A stretch of DNA of 64,000 nucleotides from Synechococcus sp. (GCA_047285535.1 JBJBDC010000001.1:64136-128135); one strand, 5' to 3'; shown: positions 20,734 to 30,252, numbered from the stretch's first letter. Numbers and translations: made by a program. Notes: generated from the sequence alone by a model not told the origin.

Positions 20734-21021
20734 GGGACAAGGATTTGTCAGGATAGATCTTATTCTGTCGATCGATTCGTAAATGATAAAGCAAGAGATT
20801 TTTGCCTAGACTTTTCTTTGTGACCATTTCTGTCCCTTGGGATCAAAAATCTGAGCATATTGGCTAGTGGTGTGATTTCCGAAAGGAAGATTCAGTTGAT
20901 TCTTACGTTGATTGAATCTTTTGGTTTCGCGTCTTGTGAAGTACTTATAGCAAGTCTTTATGCTTCGGCTCAGGCTTAATGGTTGATCCGTTCTTGACGG
21001 CAATCTCATCAAAGCAGCGAT

Positions 21022-21246
21022 TTAATTCAATTGCAGGTCCGATGTTTTGAATAAAACTTTGATCTTCGGTCCCTTGCCTCGCTGGCGCTTAGGTGTAGCG
21101 TCGCTGAATTCTTTTAACTCGTTGTCTGGTGATGGAGACTGATTCTTGCTTTGGGCATTGTTAAGCGGTTGTCTTTCTCCTTTTTGTCCAAATTCTTTCA
21201 GGAGATGAACGGCGAAGTGTTTCATTTGTTGGGGTTTTTGGCACAT
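21022..21246 (-). CDS. Small hypothetical protein
   Basis: 74-aa charged ORF divergent from argF. Confidence 0.4.
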   Translation of the reverse strand: MCQKPQQMKHFAVHLLKEFGQKGERQPLNNAQSKNQSPSPDNELKEFSDATPKRQRGKGPKIKVLFKTSDLQLN

Positions 21247-21334
21247 TGATCGCCAATGCTTCCAGCATGAAGGGACCTTGAGGCTTGACGAGCAGGCCGT
21301 TCATCTCCGATAACACTCCTTTGAAACCGCTGGC

Positions 21335-22282
21335 ATGGATAAGGGCGTAGCCGCTGTTCTCACCTCCTTAAGCGGAGGCGATTACCTTTCTTCGGCCGAT
21401 ATGTCTGCGGAGGAAACCCAGGCGCTTCTCGACCTTGCGCGCCAACTCAAGTCGGGGGATCGTCGCATCGATCTTGGCAATCGGGTGCTGGGTTTGATTT
21501 TCACCAAGGCGTCAACACGCACTCGCGTGAGCTTTCAGGTGGCGATGGCCCGTCTCGGTGGTCAAATCGTTGATTTGAACCCTCAAGTCACCCAGCTCGG
21601 TCGAGGTGAGCCTTTGGAGGATACGGCCAGGGTGCTGAGTCGTTTTTGTGATGCCCTCGCTGTGCGCACATTTGCGCAACAGGAGTTAGTGGATTACGCC
21701 TACTGGGCATCGATTCCGGTGATCAATGCCCTCACCGATCTCGAACATCCTTGTCAGGCATTGGCTGATTTTCTCACGATGCAGGAAGCCTTTGGCGATT
21801 TGCATGGTCAAACCCTGGCCTATGTGGGTGATGGAAATAATGTGGCCCACTCCTTGATGATCTGTGGAGCTCTGCTGGGCGTCAATGTGCGCATTGGCTG
21901 TCCAGATGGTTTTGAGCCTTTGCCAGGGGTACTGGATCAGGCTCGTTCCCTAGCGGTCGCTGGAGCTCAGATTGAGGTCACCAGTGATCCTTTAGCGGCC
22001 GTGCAGGGTGCTCAGGCGGTCTACACCGATGTCTGGGCTTCTATGGGCCAGGAGAAAGAGCAGGCGGAGCGTGAGCAAGCCTTCAAGGGATTTTGTTTGG
22101 ATGAGGCTCTGTTATCGCAAGCTGATTCTCAGGCGATCGTGCTCCACTGTTTGCCTGCTCATCGAGACGAGGAGATCAGTGCTGGTGTCATGGAGAGCAG
22201 CTCAAGTCGGATCTTTGATCAAGCGGAGAATCGCCTGCACGCTCAGCAGGCCTTGCTTGCTGTTTTGCTGGGTGGTTTGTGA
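21335..22282 (+). CDS. argF: Ornithine carbamoyltransferase
   Basis: STRTR, HPCQALAD, GDGNNV, TDVWASMG, HCLP, QAENR. Confidence 0.97.
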   Translation: MDKGVAAVLTSLSGGDYLSSADMSAEETQALLDLARQLKSGDRRIDLGNRVLGLIFTKASTRTRVSFQVAMARLGGQIVDLNPQVTQLGRGEPLEDTARVLSRFCDALAVRTFAQQELVDYAYWASIPVINALTDLEHPCQALADFLTMQEAFGDLHGQTLAYVGDGNNVAHSLMICGALLGVNVRIGCPDGFEPLPGVLDQARSLAVAGAQIEVTSDPLAAVQGAQAVYTDVWASMGQEKEQAEREQAFKGFCLDEALLSQADSQAIVLHCLPAHRDEEISAGVMESSSSRIFDQAENRLHAQQALLAVLLGGL

Positions 22283-23058
22283 GCGCATCTCCCCAGCCTT
22301 TGTCTCTGCCTGGAGGTGCAGTGACAGTGGTTCTGATTCATGGATTTACAGGTTCCCCTGCGGAGATGGGACTCCTTGCTGAAGCCTTCCATTCCGCTGG
22401 ATATGGTGTCGAGGTGCCTTTGCTGGCTGGTCACGGAACCAGCCTCAAGGATCTGATCTCGGTAAGGTCTAAGCAGTGGATTGATCCCCTTGACGCCCTA
22501 ATTGCTCGTTTGTTGTCTGAACGGAAAACGGTCGTCGTCGGTGGGCTTTCGTTGGGGGCAATTTTGACGTTGCAGCTTGCGGTGCGTTACCCCGAAATCC
22601 AAGCCTTGTTGCTTTATGCACCACCAATTCGCAGTCGAGATCCACGTCGCTTTCTGGCACCGTTGTTGACCAGATTTACGCAATCGTTGCCAAAACCACC
22701 TTCCCATTTCTGTGATCCGTTAGCTGCTGAGCGTCTGTGGTCCTATGAACGCTATCCCGTGTTGACGAGTGCGCGTGTGCTTGATCTCATTTCCCGTACT
22801 CGCAAGCAGCTCAAGGCGGTTCACCAACCTCTTCTGGCGATTGCTAGTCGTCGCGACAATGTGGTTTCAAAGAGTGGCATTGAGCTGTTGATGAGGAGCG
22901 TCCAGTCGAATCCTCAGGAACTTCATTGGCTGGAACGCAGTAGTCATGCGATCACGGTGGATGGTGAATGGAAGACAGTCCGTGATCTAAGCCTTGAGTT
23001 TTTACGTAAGATTTTTCAACTTCAATCTGAGTTGAGCCATGGATCAAGAGGAACGTGA
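22279..23058 (+). CDS. Alpha/beta hydrolase (carboxylesterase-like)
   Basis: HGFTG, GHG, GLSLG nucleophile elbow, C-terminal D and H; GTGA overlap with argF. Confidence 0.85.
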   Translation: MSASPQPLSLPGGAVTVVLIHGFTGSPAEMGLLAEAFHSAGYGVEVPLLAGHGTSLKDLISVRSKQWIDPLDALIARLLSERKTVVVGGLSLGAILTLQLAVRYPEIQALLLYAPPIRSRDPRRFLAPLLTRFTQSLPKPPSHFCDPLAAERLWSYERYPVLTSARVLDLISRTRKQLKAVHQPLLAIASRRDNVVSKSGIELLMRSVQSNPQELHWLERSSHAITVDGEWKTVRDLSLEFLRKIFQLQSELSHGSRGT

Positions 23059-23181
23059 CAACTGGCGAAGGGTTCTCGATGCACTCGAAGCAGCGGGCGA
23101 TCGAGAGAGCGGTTTTTATCTCAGAGCACAAGCGATTTGCAACGGTGAACCTGATCCTTTGATCCAGATGGAGAAGACCTC

Positions 23182-23430
23182 ATGAGCATCAATCCTATTG
23201 AAAGAGGCCTTGAACAATCCTTTGAAATTGAGAAGTGGGGCCGATTGATCCGTGAGTGCGACAACATAGATACGTTGAAAGAAACAGCACTTTCTCTGCT
23301 GCAACAATTGGCCCAGTTCAAAGCATCGAGTGCCTGGATGGCATCAAGAGCCTCGGAATCCGAGAATTCCAAGTTGGAAATGTTGGCCGAGTTGATTAAG
23401 CAAAAAAATCTGAATCAGGATCAGAAATGA
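23182..23430 (+). CDS. Small helical protein, possibly NblA-like
   Basis: LEQSFEIEKWGRLI...TLKETALSLLQQ resembles the NblA LEQxF helix-loop-helix pattern. Confidence 0.45.
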   Translation: MSINPIERGLEQSFEIEKWGRLIRECDNIDTLKETALSLLQQLAQFKASSAWMASRASESENSKLEMLAELIKQKNLNQDQK

Positions 23431-23891
23431 ACATTGTTTTCAAGCTTTACAAGCCGTTCTTTTTGAAGAATTTTTTATTTACCGGGTCAGCGATAGCTGC
23501 GGTTTTGGTTCCTATGCCAGGCCATGCAACTTGGGCCCCAAAGCCTGAGCCAAGCTTTTGGAGTGAGGTTCGGGTTCAGCTGGCAAAAAACGGGAACATC
23601 CAAGATGCAAATTGGACGTTTATGGAGGCGCTTCAGTCTCCCAAAATCGAGGCCGCTGAGTATTTACGTGATCCCCGTCGTAGCGAGGAGGTGGTTTCCT
23701 TTAAAGCATTGTTGCTGATGCGTCAAGGACAGAAGAGTTCTTGGGAGGTGCGACAGATATCCATGCGTGCCCAGTGCAGTGATGGCGTTCTCGAACGTCA
23801 GGATCAGCAGGGGCAATGGCTTGAATATCCAGGGCGTAAAGGGACAGCTTCCAAGGTGAGCTGGATCTGTGCACAAGCCCCGAAACCCTGA
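23427..23891 (+). CDS. Hypothetical exported protein
   Basis: Signal-like N-terminus, two C-terminal Cys; ATGA overlap with upstream ORF. Confidence 0.6.
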   Translation: MNIVFKLYKPFFLKNFLFTGSAIAAVLVPMPGHATWAPKPEPSFWSEVRVQLAKNGNIQDANWTFMEALQSPKIEAAEYLRDPRRSEEVVSFKALLLMRQGQKSSWEVRQISMRAQCSDGVLERQDQQGQWLEYPGRKGTASKVSWICAQAPKP

Positions 23892-23917
23892 ACCTCTTGC
23901 CAAACAGCTATAAGATA

Positions 23918-23931
23918 GGTACATATGTATT
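23918..23931 (+). promoter_or_regulatory. Cyanobacterial LexA box upstream of lexA
   Basis: GGTACATATGTATT, one mismatch to RGTAC-N3-DGTWCB, 20 bp before the lexA start. Confidence 0.75.
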
Positions 23932-23951
23932 GACCGAACAAGAACATCCTG

Positions 23952-24569
23952 GTGGCCACTGGATCCCCCGAAGCGCTCACAGCAGCTCAGCAAGAGTTAT
24001 ACGACTGGCTTGCGGACTACATCAGTAACCACCGCCATAGCCCCTCCATTCGTCAGATGATGCAGGCGATGGGGCTACGATCACCTGCCCCTGTGCAAAG
24101 TCGTCTGAGGCATTTGCAGCAAAAGGGTTGGTTGACTTGGCAGGAAGGCCAAGCACGTACTTTGCAGTTGTTGGGGGGGATGACATCAGGTATTCCTGTG
24201 CTTGGAGCTGTGGCGGCCGGCGGTTTGGTTGAGACGTTTGATGATGTGCAAGAACGCCTTGACCTGGGTCCAGTACTTGAGACTCGTGGTTTATTTGCGC
24301 TCACCGTGAATGGTGATTCGATGGTGGATGCTCATATCGCTGATGGTGATGTTGTTCTGATGGAGCCAGTTCACGAGCCAGGTCGGCTCCGTCAGGGCAC
24401 GATTGTGAGCGCCTTGGTTCCTGGGAGTGGCACCACCCTCAAACATTTTCATCTTGATGGAAGTGTGGTGCGACTAGAGGCGGCGAATCCTGCTTATGAC
24501 CCCATTGAGCTTCCAGCTGAGCAAGTGCAGGTGCAAGGCAAACTGATGGCGGTTTGGCGTCAGGTTTGA
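23952..24569 (+). CDS. lexA: SOS repressor LexA
   Basis: HTH (PSIRQM...SPAPVQSRL), VAAG cleavage site, GDSM Ser, TLK Lys. Confidence 0.95.
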   Translation: MATGSPEALTAAQQELYDWLADYISNHRHSPSIRQMMQAMGLRSPAPVQSRLRHLQQKGWLTWQEGQARTLQLLGGMTSGIPVLGAVAAGGLVETFDDVQERLDLGPVLETRGLFALTVNGDSMVDAHIADGDVVLMEPVHEPGRLRQGTIVSALVPGSGTTLKHFHLDGSVVRLEAANPAYDPIELPAEQVQVQGKLMAVWRQV

Positions 24570-24634
24570 ACAACATGGCGTTGTAAGCTTCGCCATAGCG
24601 CAGGTTCGAGCCTACGGGCTTCCTCCTCGTCTAT

Positions 24635-24707
24635 GGGGCCATAGCTCAGCTGGTAGAGCACCTGCATGGCATGCAGGGGGTCAGCGGTTCGAATCCGCTT
24701 GGCTCCA
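24635..24707 (+). tRNA. tRNA-Ala (GGC)
   Basis: GGGGCCATAGCTCAGCTGGTAGAGCA-CCTGC-AT-GGC-AT-GCAGG-GGGTC-AGCGGTTCGAATCCGCT-TGGCTCCA; G3:U70 pair; CCA not encoded. Confidence 0.98.
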
Positions 24708-25085
24708 CTAGGTTTTAACCAAGTGCGACAACCCCACTGGTCCAAAATTTGGTACAAGGCTGCAGTAGCTGAAATCTTTTTGTAGCAAGCTCAGCGTTTG
24801 CCCAAAAGGTCAGTCCATTGGACCGCATCAGGTCCAGTATCAATGAAGCATTAGCAACGCTGACACTGGCTACTGCAGCAGGTCTCTTTGCCCCTGTAAG
24901 CAAGATCACAGACCTGGGTGATGGCCATCAGCGAGCGAGGCGGTGAGTTCAGAGAAGCTGAAGGAGTCAGGGGGGCAGCCCAGCGCTGAACTCTCAGCTC
25001 TTCCTCAGAAGATTCAAGCGATTTGGATCTACAAAAAGGGAGGAGCCATCCCTTCTGGTTCGTTCACTTCAAGACACCGATCACC

Positions 25086-25271
25086 ATGACTGACATCAAC
25101 TCAAAAGCGATGGATGAATCACCCGTGGATTCAGAACAGATGGATCAGGAAATCAAGCCGGAAGACCTGCATGCGATCTCTGGTGGCTGGGGAAGGAGTT
25201 GCTATTACAGCTACAGCAACAACCGTTCTGCGAGCTACACCACTACATCAAGTAATGACGGTAAAAATTGA
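25086..25271 (+). CDS. Double-glycine leader peptide precursor (CCRG-2-like)
   Basis: MTD...QEIKPEDLHAISGG leader, then Ser/Tyr/Thr-rich core WGRSCYYSYSNNRSASYTTTSSNDGKN. Confidence 0.7.
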   Translation: MTDINSKAMDESPVDSEQMDQEIKPEDLHAISGGWGRSCYYSYSNNRSASYTTTSSNDGKN

Positions 25272-25415
25272 CAGCAGTGAGTGAGCTACCTGCCCCCTCC
25301 CGCCACGAGCGAGGTTAAAATCTATGAATGGTCCTAATTTGAGGCGGATTGAAAAGAATAAATGGTCTTTTGATCCATTCAGACAAACGAAGTAGTATTA
25401 ACTCCACCCATAGCT

Positions 25416-25832
25416 TTAAAAAGCTGTTGCTTCCCTGAATAAACGATCATAACGAGTATTAAATCCATCGCTCTTTTTCTGTACTAACCTGCCCATACCT
25501 TTCGAAAGCACACCTCCTTCAGCATTGAATTTGTAGAGAATAACATCACGCTTTGGCTTGTCATCATCACCTCTTTTGAACTCAGCAATGGCAGTATTTT
25601 CAAAACTCATGAAATCACGATCACTTCCCGCTGTCGTGAATGTCACAGACATCAAGTAATCATTTGAGTCAAGTAGGACTTCTGCGTGTACACCCCCTTT
25701 TACGAGCATTAAGGATTCATGGGTATCACCACCAGTGATCGGGTCAGGGTCATGGGGATCATCAAGGGCATCCCTGACTACAACATCAATACTTTCACCA
25801 TCGCTTTTCTGATCGCCAACCCTGGCTACCAA
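25416..25832 (-). CDS. Hypothetical protein (possibly 5'-truncated)
   Basis: 138-aa globular-looking ORF with non-ATG start. Confidence 0.5.
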   Translation of the reverse strand: MVARVGDQKSDGESIDVVVRDALDDPHDPDPITGGDTHESLMLVKGGVHAEVLLDSNDYLMSVTFTTAGSDRDFMSFENTAIAEFKRGDDDKPKRDVILYKFNAEGGVLSKGMGRLVQKKSDGFNTRYDRLFREATAF

Positions 25833-25851
25833 TAAGAAAAAGCCGATCCCC

Positions 25852-26220
25852 GTGATAATTCATTCTCGTTCGATCACCGTCGCCGCTCTCGGACTTCTTG
25901 GTGCCTGCGGTTCGGCTATGAATAATGCTCCAATCGTTTTCAACTGTGATTCCTTCAACAAGGGACAGACCTATCGGGTGAGGTTGTCACCCGATTCAAA
26001 TCATGTCGATGTGATGTGGGGTGTACAGCCCTATCAATACACCGAAGAACCCATGTCTCCAGAAAAAGTCCAACAAGGTTGGAGACGATGGGTGACCAAC
26101 GCAGATCGAAAAGGCAAAGCCAACAGCTGGACTGAACTCAACACCAAGTCAGGAGCCTTGAGACACATTGGCATCAACGGTCAGGTTGATTCGTTAGGCC
26201 GTTGTTTACAACAGAAGTGA
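25852..26220 (+). CDS. Putative lipoprotein
   Basis: Lipobox LGAC after a hydrophobic stretch. Confidence 0.6.
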   Translation: MIIHSRSITVAALGLLGACGSAMNNAPIVFNCDSFNKGQTYRVRLSPDSNHVDVMWGVQPYQYTEEPMSPEKVQQGWRRWVTNADRKGKANSWTELNTKSGALRHIGINGQVDSLGRCLQQK

Positions 26221-26369
26221 CCAGCAACCAAGCACATCAAAATGAGGAAATGCGTTGTCCTGTGGATTGCCAATATGCTTGCCCATCTGGAGGACTCCAA
26301 TCATCCGCGCAGTTGTCAGAGAGCCATGAAGACGCTGATCAATCACCAACAGGCTCACTGATCGCTGAA

Positions 26370-26666
26370 TTACTGCATCACCTTGAGGCTGTATTGCCCT
26401 GTTCGAGTGAAGGTGATGTCGCCCATTGTGTTGATGCGGATATAGCCAGTGCCCTGATCCTTCGCCAGGAAAGTAAAAGCCCAGCGATTGGAATCCACCG
26501 TGACATTGCCACCGCTCTGACGGAATTGGCAGTTAAAGGTTTCTGGAGGGGTGTTCATGCCGTCGTAACGGATCAGCGTGCATCTGGCAGGAACGATCTC
26601 AGCCATGGCTGAAGCCGCTAGGGCTACAAGAGCGAGTGCAGATGCGGCGGGTGTTGTGCGGATCAT
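26370..26666 (-). CDS. Small secreted protein
   Basis: MIRTTPAASALALVALAASAMA signal peptide; mature part has two Cys. Confidence 0.6.
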   Translation of the reverse strand: MIRTTPAASALALVALAASAMAEIVPARCTLIRYDGMNTPPETFNCQFRQSGGNVTVDSNRWAFTFLAKDQGTGYIRINTMGDITFTRTGQYSLKVMQ

Positions 26667-26702
26667 TTGCTTAGGGGCCGTTTGCTTGTGGTTTAAAGCC
26701 AC

Positions 26703-27149
26703 TTATTTTTGGATGTAATACGACGTGGGAAGACCAACTGCGCCTGCATAAAAAACCAAGGCCTTGGCGACGTCTGTTCCTGTGTTCTCGCAAGTATGCA
26801 GATCATTTTTGAAGGTTGTTGGGAGAACATCCCCTTTCACAAAGCGCTTGGCAACTCCCGAAGTGGGAACCTCGCACAGAAGTTCTCCTTCTTGAATCAG
26901 TGCGGCTCCTGGCATGTCATGGGAGTGTGGTTCTGATTTGGCTCCAGGCTGGAAGAGAATGGTTTTGACAGTGATCAGTGGTGTTCCTTTGGGGTATTTG
27001 TACTGGTCTCCCTTCCAGGACGATGATGCTTGCAAGAGAACTTCAGAAGAGATGGGTTCAGGCTTTGTCTCGGCCTGTTCAGCTAAAAGCCTCTGAGTGC
27101 CACAGCCGGCCACGACTAGTGCTGCTGCGATGAGTGTTGTGCGGATCAT
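26703..27149 (-). CDS. Exported cupin-domain protein
   Basis: PGAKSEPHSHDMPG...EGEL, F.KGD...H...NTG cupin motifs; MIRTTLIAAALVVAGC signal/lipobox. Confidence 0.8.
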   Translation of the reverse strand: MIRTTLIAAALVVAGCGTQRLLAEQAETKPEPISSEVLLQASSSWKGDQYKYPKGTPLITVKTILFQPGAKSEPHSHDMPGAALIQEGELLCEVPTSGVAKRFVKGDVLPTTFKNDLHTCENTGTDVAKALVFYAGAVGLPTSYYIQK

Positions 27150-27325
27150 TCGCGGGGTCGATGGTTGATCTGATGCCATCAAAGAGTCAGACCTTTGACG
27201 CAAACGCTGATTGAGTGAAAAACACCAAGGCCTCACCGCAATCTTGCACTCACTTTTGCACTAAACAATTTTTCATCCTCAAAGATGACTGTGCATCAGG
27301 GATTTTCGTTGAATAGCTGTTTGCT

Positions 27326-27366
27326 TGGCATGCAGGAGGACGGAGGTTTGAATCGGTTTGGCTTCA
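27326..27366 (+). repeat. Degenerate direct repeat of the tRNA-Ala 3' half (att-like)
   Basis: TGGCATGCAGGAGGACGGAGGTTTGAATCGGTTTGGCTTCA vs tRNA 24667-24707: 33/41 identical, no gaps. Confidence 0.85.
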
Positions 27367-28325
27367 TGGAGTTTTTCAAGGCATAGCCTTGATTTTCGAG
27401 TTTTTAGGGGGACGTCCTTCTACGCATGGTGCTCCACCTGGATACTCCCATTTCAATCCATTTCTGCAAACAGGACGTTTGTTCTGCTCATGGTTCCACT
27501 GCAGTGGTTTAAACATTTCAGAGGGCAATTCCAAGTCCGTTTCGGAGGGTGTTGGGGCATTGCAGGTCGGATTGGGGACATATGCTTTCGCGCCGCATGA
27601 ATGGCGGTCATCATCATCAAAATCCCAGACATTCGGTTCAGCTGGTTGTGATGTGTTGGTACATCTGGTTTGACCTGGACACGCAGGCCATGTTTGTGAG
27701 TTCTAGAAGGCGTTCTGCCAATTGTTAATCGCTCTTACAACACTCGCCTTGGCGAACTGTGTCGAGCGGCTTGATATTCTCTCCATTACAGCCGGAAGAA
27801 AAGACCTCATTAGAGAGAAGCCTTCATTAGGTAAATCAATCTTTCACGGCAAAAGGGTCCCGGCGAATAGCTTGGTTACGAGACAACGGAGCGAATAAAT
27901 AGCATCACAGAGACAGCTAGGGTTAGAATCAGAAATTGTGACTCTATAGAAGGGCGATTGGTTCTTGGAGTTGGTAACTAAATCGATATCATTGGGGCCA
28001 ATCCGGACTGGGCTCAGTGGTTCGCGGAAAGCATTGCTGATGCCGCTTGATTATCGGATTTGTTTATACATCGGTTGGGTTATGTGATGTTGGGGTCTGG
28101 AACTGAATAACTTTTGGCTGAGTCATAAATTGGCGCTAAAAATTGATCGCTTGAAGGCATGTCTTGACTGAAAGACTTGAATAAGGACTCCCTGAAAGAA
28201 GTGGTTCTAAGTAGTATTGGTATAGCCTGATGTGGCGTATGGGGCATGGAGAGGATGCGCTTTTTGAGTACATTGATGAGTGGCCGAGTTGAAACATTGG
28301 CCGGCCTCGTCAACGTGTTGAGCCA

Positions 28326-28760
28326 ATGAACACAATCAAAGTTCAGCTTTGTGCCGCCACGATTCCGGGATTTCCCGGCATCTTTGCTGATCATTATTGG
28401 CTTGTTGTTCTTCGTGGTATCGAGGGCATGCCTCCCCAGACTTGTGACCGCTGGGAAGTATGGCAACACTCTTCCCTAAATGATTCTTGTTGGGGGCATC
28501 TACATAAGAATCTTTTGGATCCCTATCAGGGAGTTGGTCATGGACCATCTCGTGTAATAGAGCAATGGGTGGCTGATGAGGCTTCGTGTCTCATTCAGAA
28601 AATTGAATCATCTCCAAGTACTTACCCATTCCTTGAAGAATATCGATATTGGCCTGGCCCGAATAGCAACACTTTTGCTCAATGGGTCGTTCGAGAAACA
28701 ACAGAACTTGGAAGACGTGCGATTGGACGCAACTTCCCTGTTCCAGAAATCATCCGATGA
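28326..28760 (+). CDS. DUF3750-like protein
   Basis: GIFADHYWLV, DRWEVW, YP...YRYWPGPNSNTFAQWV. Confidence 0.7.
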   Translation: MNTIKVQLCAATIPGFPGIFADHYWLVVLRGIEGMPPQTCDRWEVWQHSSLNDSCWGHLHKNLLDPYQGVGHGPSRVIEQWVADEASCLIQKIESSPSTYPFLEEYRYWPGPNSNTFAQWVVRETTELGRRAIGRNFPVPEIIR

Positions 28761-28869
28761 TGATTTGCCGTCGATGGCAAAAGCGATTGGACACATTCGT
28801 CACCATTAGTGTTTGTTTTGATGTCACTTGACACACCATCGATCTCTGAGAAGGTCGCTGAGAGCGTGA

Positions 28870-29310
28870 CTAGTCCCCTGTAGAGATGTGTGGGGACCCT
28901 TGTTCTCTCCAGAACGCCAGAAGCTCCAATGGAGTTGGAAAGTTGAGGCATTCTTCCCAGCACGCTATGACCGCTACATCTCGCTTTGTCAGCCAAGATG
29001 CAAACTTTTCGGTAGAGAGCGTTTTAGCTGCTGTTATTCCCTGAAACTTTTTCGGATTGGCTTGTTTATACGGTTTGAACAATTCACCGAGCCCTGTCTT
29101 GGTCATCCTGCGCTTAGCAGGGGCGAAAGGGATCGGCCTTGGCGATGGCAGTGTTTTTTCTTGTGATGTCTCAGTCTTGCGGGCTTGACGGGCGTCTGTG
29201 GGACTCCGATTTGTATCGTCAATATGTTGCCCAGCACGGCGAGCCATGCGCCTGTCTGCCTCAACCATCCGATCAATCAGATGATTGAATCCATCAGTGA
29301 TTGAACTCAT
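28870..29310 (-). CDS. Hypothetical basic protein
   Basis: 146 aa; ATGA overlap with upstream ORF. Confidence 0.6.
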   Translation of the reverse strand: MSSITDGFNHLIDRMVEADRRMARRAGQHIDDTNRSPTDARQARKTETSQEKTLPSPRPIPFAPAKRRMTKTGLGELFKPYKQANPKKFQGITAAKTLSTEKFASWLTKRDVAVIACWEECLNFPTPLELLAFWREQGSPHISTGD

Positions 29311-29513
29311 AGACCTGCCTCGATTTTCTGCACGTCATGAATTTCTTTGGCTGCTTTCCAGGCAGGCATAAATGCATTGCAAGCTGCAAGTAAGCGTTGG
29401 ATGGGGCGTGCACCTTGAAATGAACCGGGTCCTTTTTTGTAGTCCTCGATATCTTCGACCATTGTGTCACCAGCTTTCTCAAGGCTGGAGAAGACATCTC
29501 TGTATTTGGTCAA
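29307..29513 (-). CDS. Hypothetical protein (68 aa)
   Basis: 4-bp overlaps with both neighbours. Confidence 0.55.
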   Translation of the reverse strand: MTKYRDVFSSLEKAGDTMVEDIEDYKKGPGSFQGARPIQRLLAACNAFMPAWKAAKEIHDVQKIEAGL

Positions 29514-29788
29514 GATGCCCAGGAGTTGTGCCCGTTCTTGATAGTCAAGCTGGGCGTCATTGGCGTAGTTGCTGATCTCTTCTTGAACTGGTTGATGAGG
29601 ACGTCACGCTCTTTGACTTGGCGGATGTACTGGCCGCGGCTTCTGTTGACAGTGATGGCTGCTTTGCGCAGGAGGTCGTCGTTATTGCGGAGGTCAGCTT
29701 TCTCTGGCTTTGCTGCAAAGACCTGCCGATGGATGCATAAGGGGCTTGTGTGATAACACTCTGCTCGCACTGGAGCTCTTAATCCCAC
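29510..29788 (-). CDS. Hypothetical protein (start uncertain)
   Basis: Its stop overlaps the next TTG start (TTGA). Confidence 0.4.
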   Translation of the reverse strand: MGLRAPVRAECYHTSPLCIHRQVFAAKPEKADLRNNDDLLRKAAITVNRSRGQYIRQVKERDVLINQFKKRSATTPMTPSLTIKNGHNSWAS

Positions 29789-29925
29789 TCTTGAGCAGGC
29801 AGTTTGGTGAGAAAGAGCTATGAGTTTTCTAGATGGTTCTGTTTGTGGCCCGTTCTAAGGGTTATTCAAGACAGAGCCCTGCGGCAGTTTGCAGTTTCAG
29901 CTTTGCTGACAGGTTGTGAGGGCAT

Positions 29926-29948
29926 AAAAAACCCCGCTCGTGGCGGGG
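29926..29948 (-). terminator. Intrinsic terminator after the CCRG-2-like gene
   Basis: CCCCGC-CACGA-GCGGGG followed by T6 on the minus strand. Confidence 0.8.
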
Positions 29949-29976
29949 GGAGGTCAATCCATTTGGACGTGGATTC

Positions 29977-30252
29977 TCAAAAAGGAAGATTTTCACAATT
30001 ATCCTTCACTTGAGTTGAATTACAGCTATTCTCAGACCCAAGTCCAGTCGGATGTACATGGGGTTCTTTACCTTCCTTTACCAGATTTTCATTGGTTCCC
30101 TTCACTGACTGACCACCCATTGTATTTAGGAACGAATCACACCCTGCTTGAGCAGGTTTTTTTTTCTCTGATTTACAGGCTCCAAGTAAAAGCCATATTA
30201 ATCCACCTTGGATATCTTTGAGTTGATCGAGTGTGAGTTCGTTGTCAGTCAT
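29977..30252 (-). CDS. CCRG-2-family double-glycine RiPP precursor
   Basis: MTDNELTLDQLKDIQGG leader; 74-aa core with 4 Cys. Confidence 0.8.
   Translation of the reverse strand: MTDNELTLDQLKDIQGGLIWLLLGACKSEKKKPAQAGCDSFLNTMGGQSVKGTNENLVKEGKEPHVHPTGLGSENSCNSTQVKDNCENLPF

Noticed and set aside
27326..27366. Second functional tRNA
   Set aside because: 5' half is absent and the T-arm is disrupted
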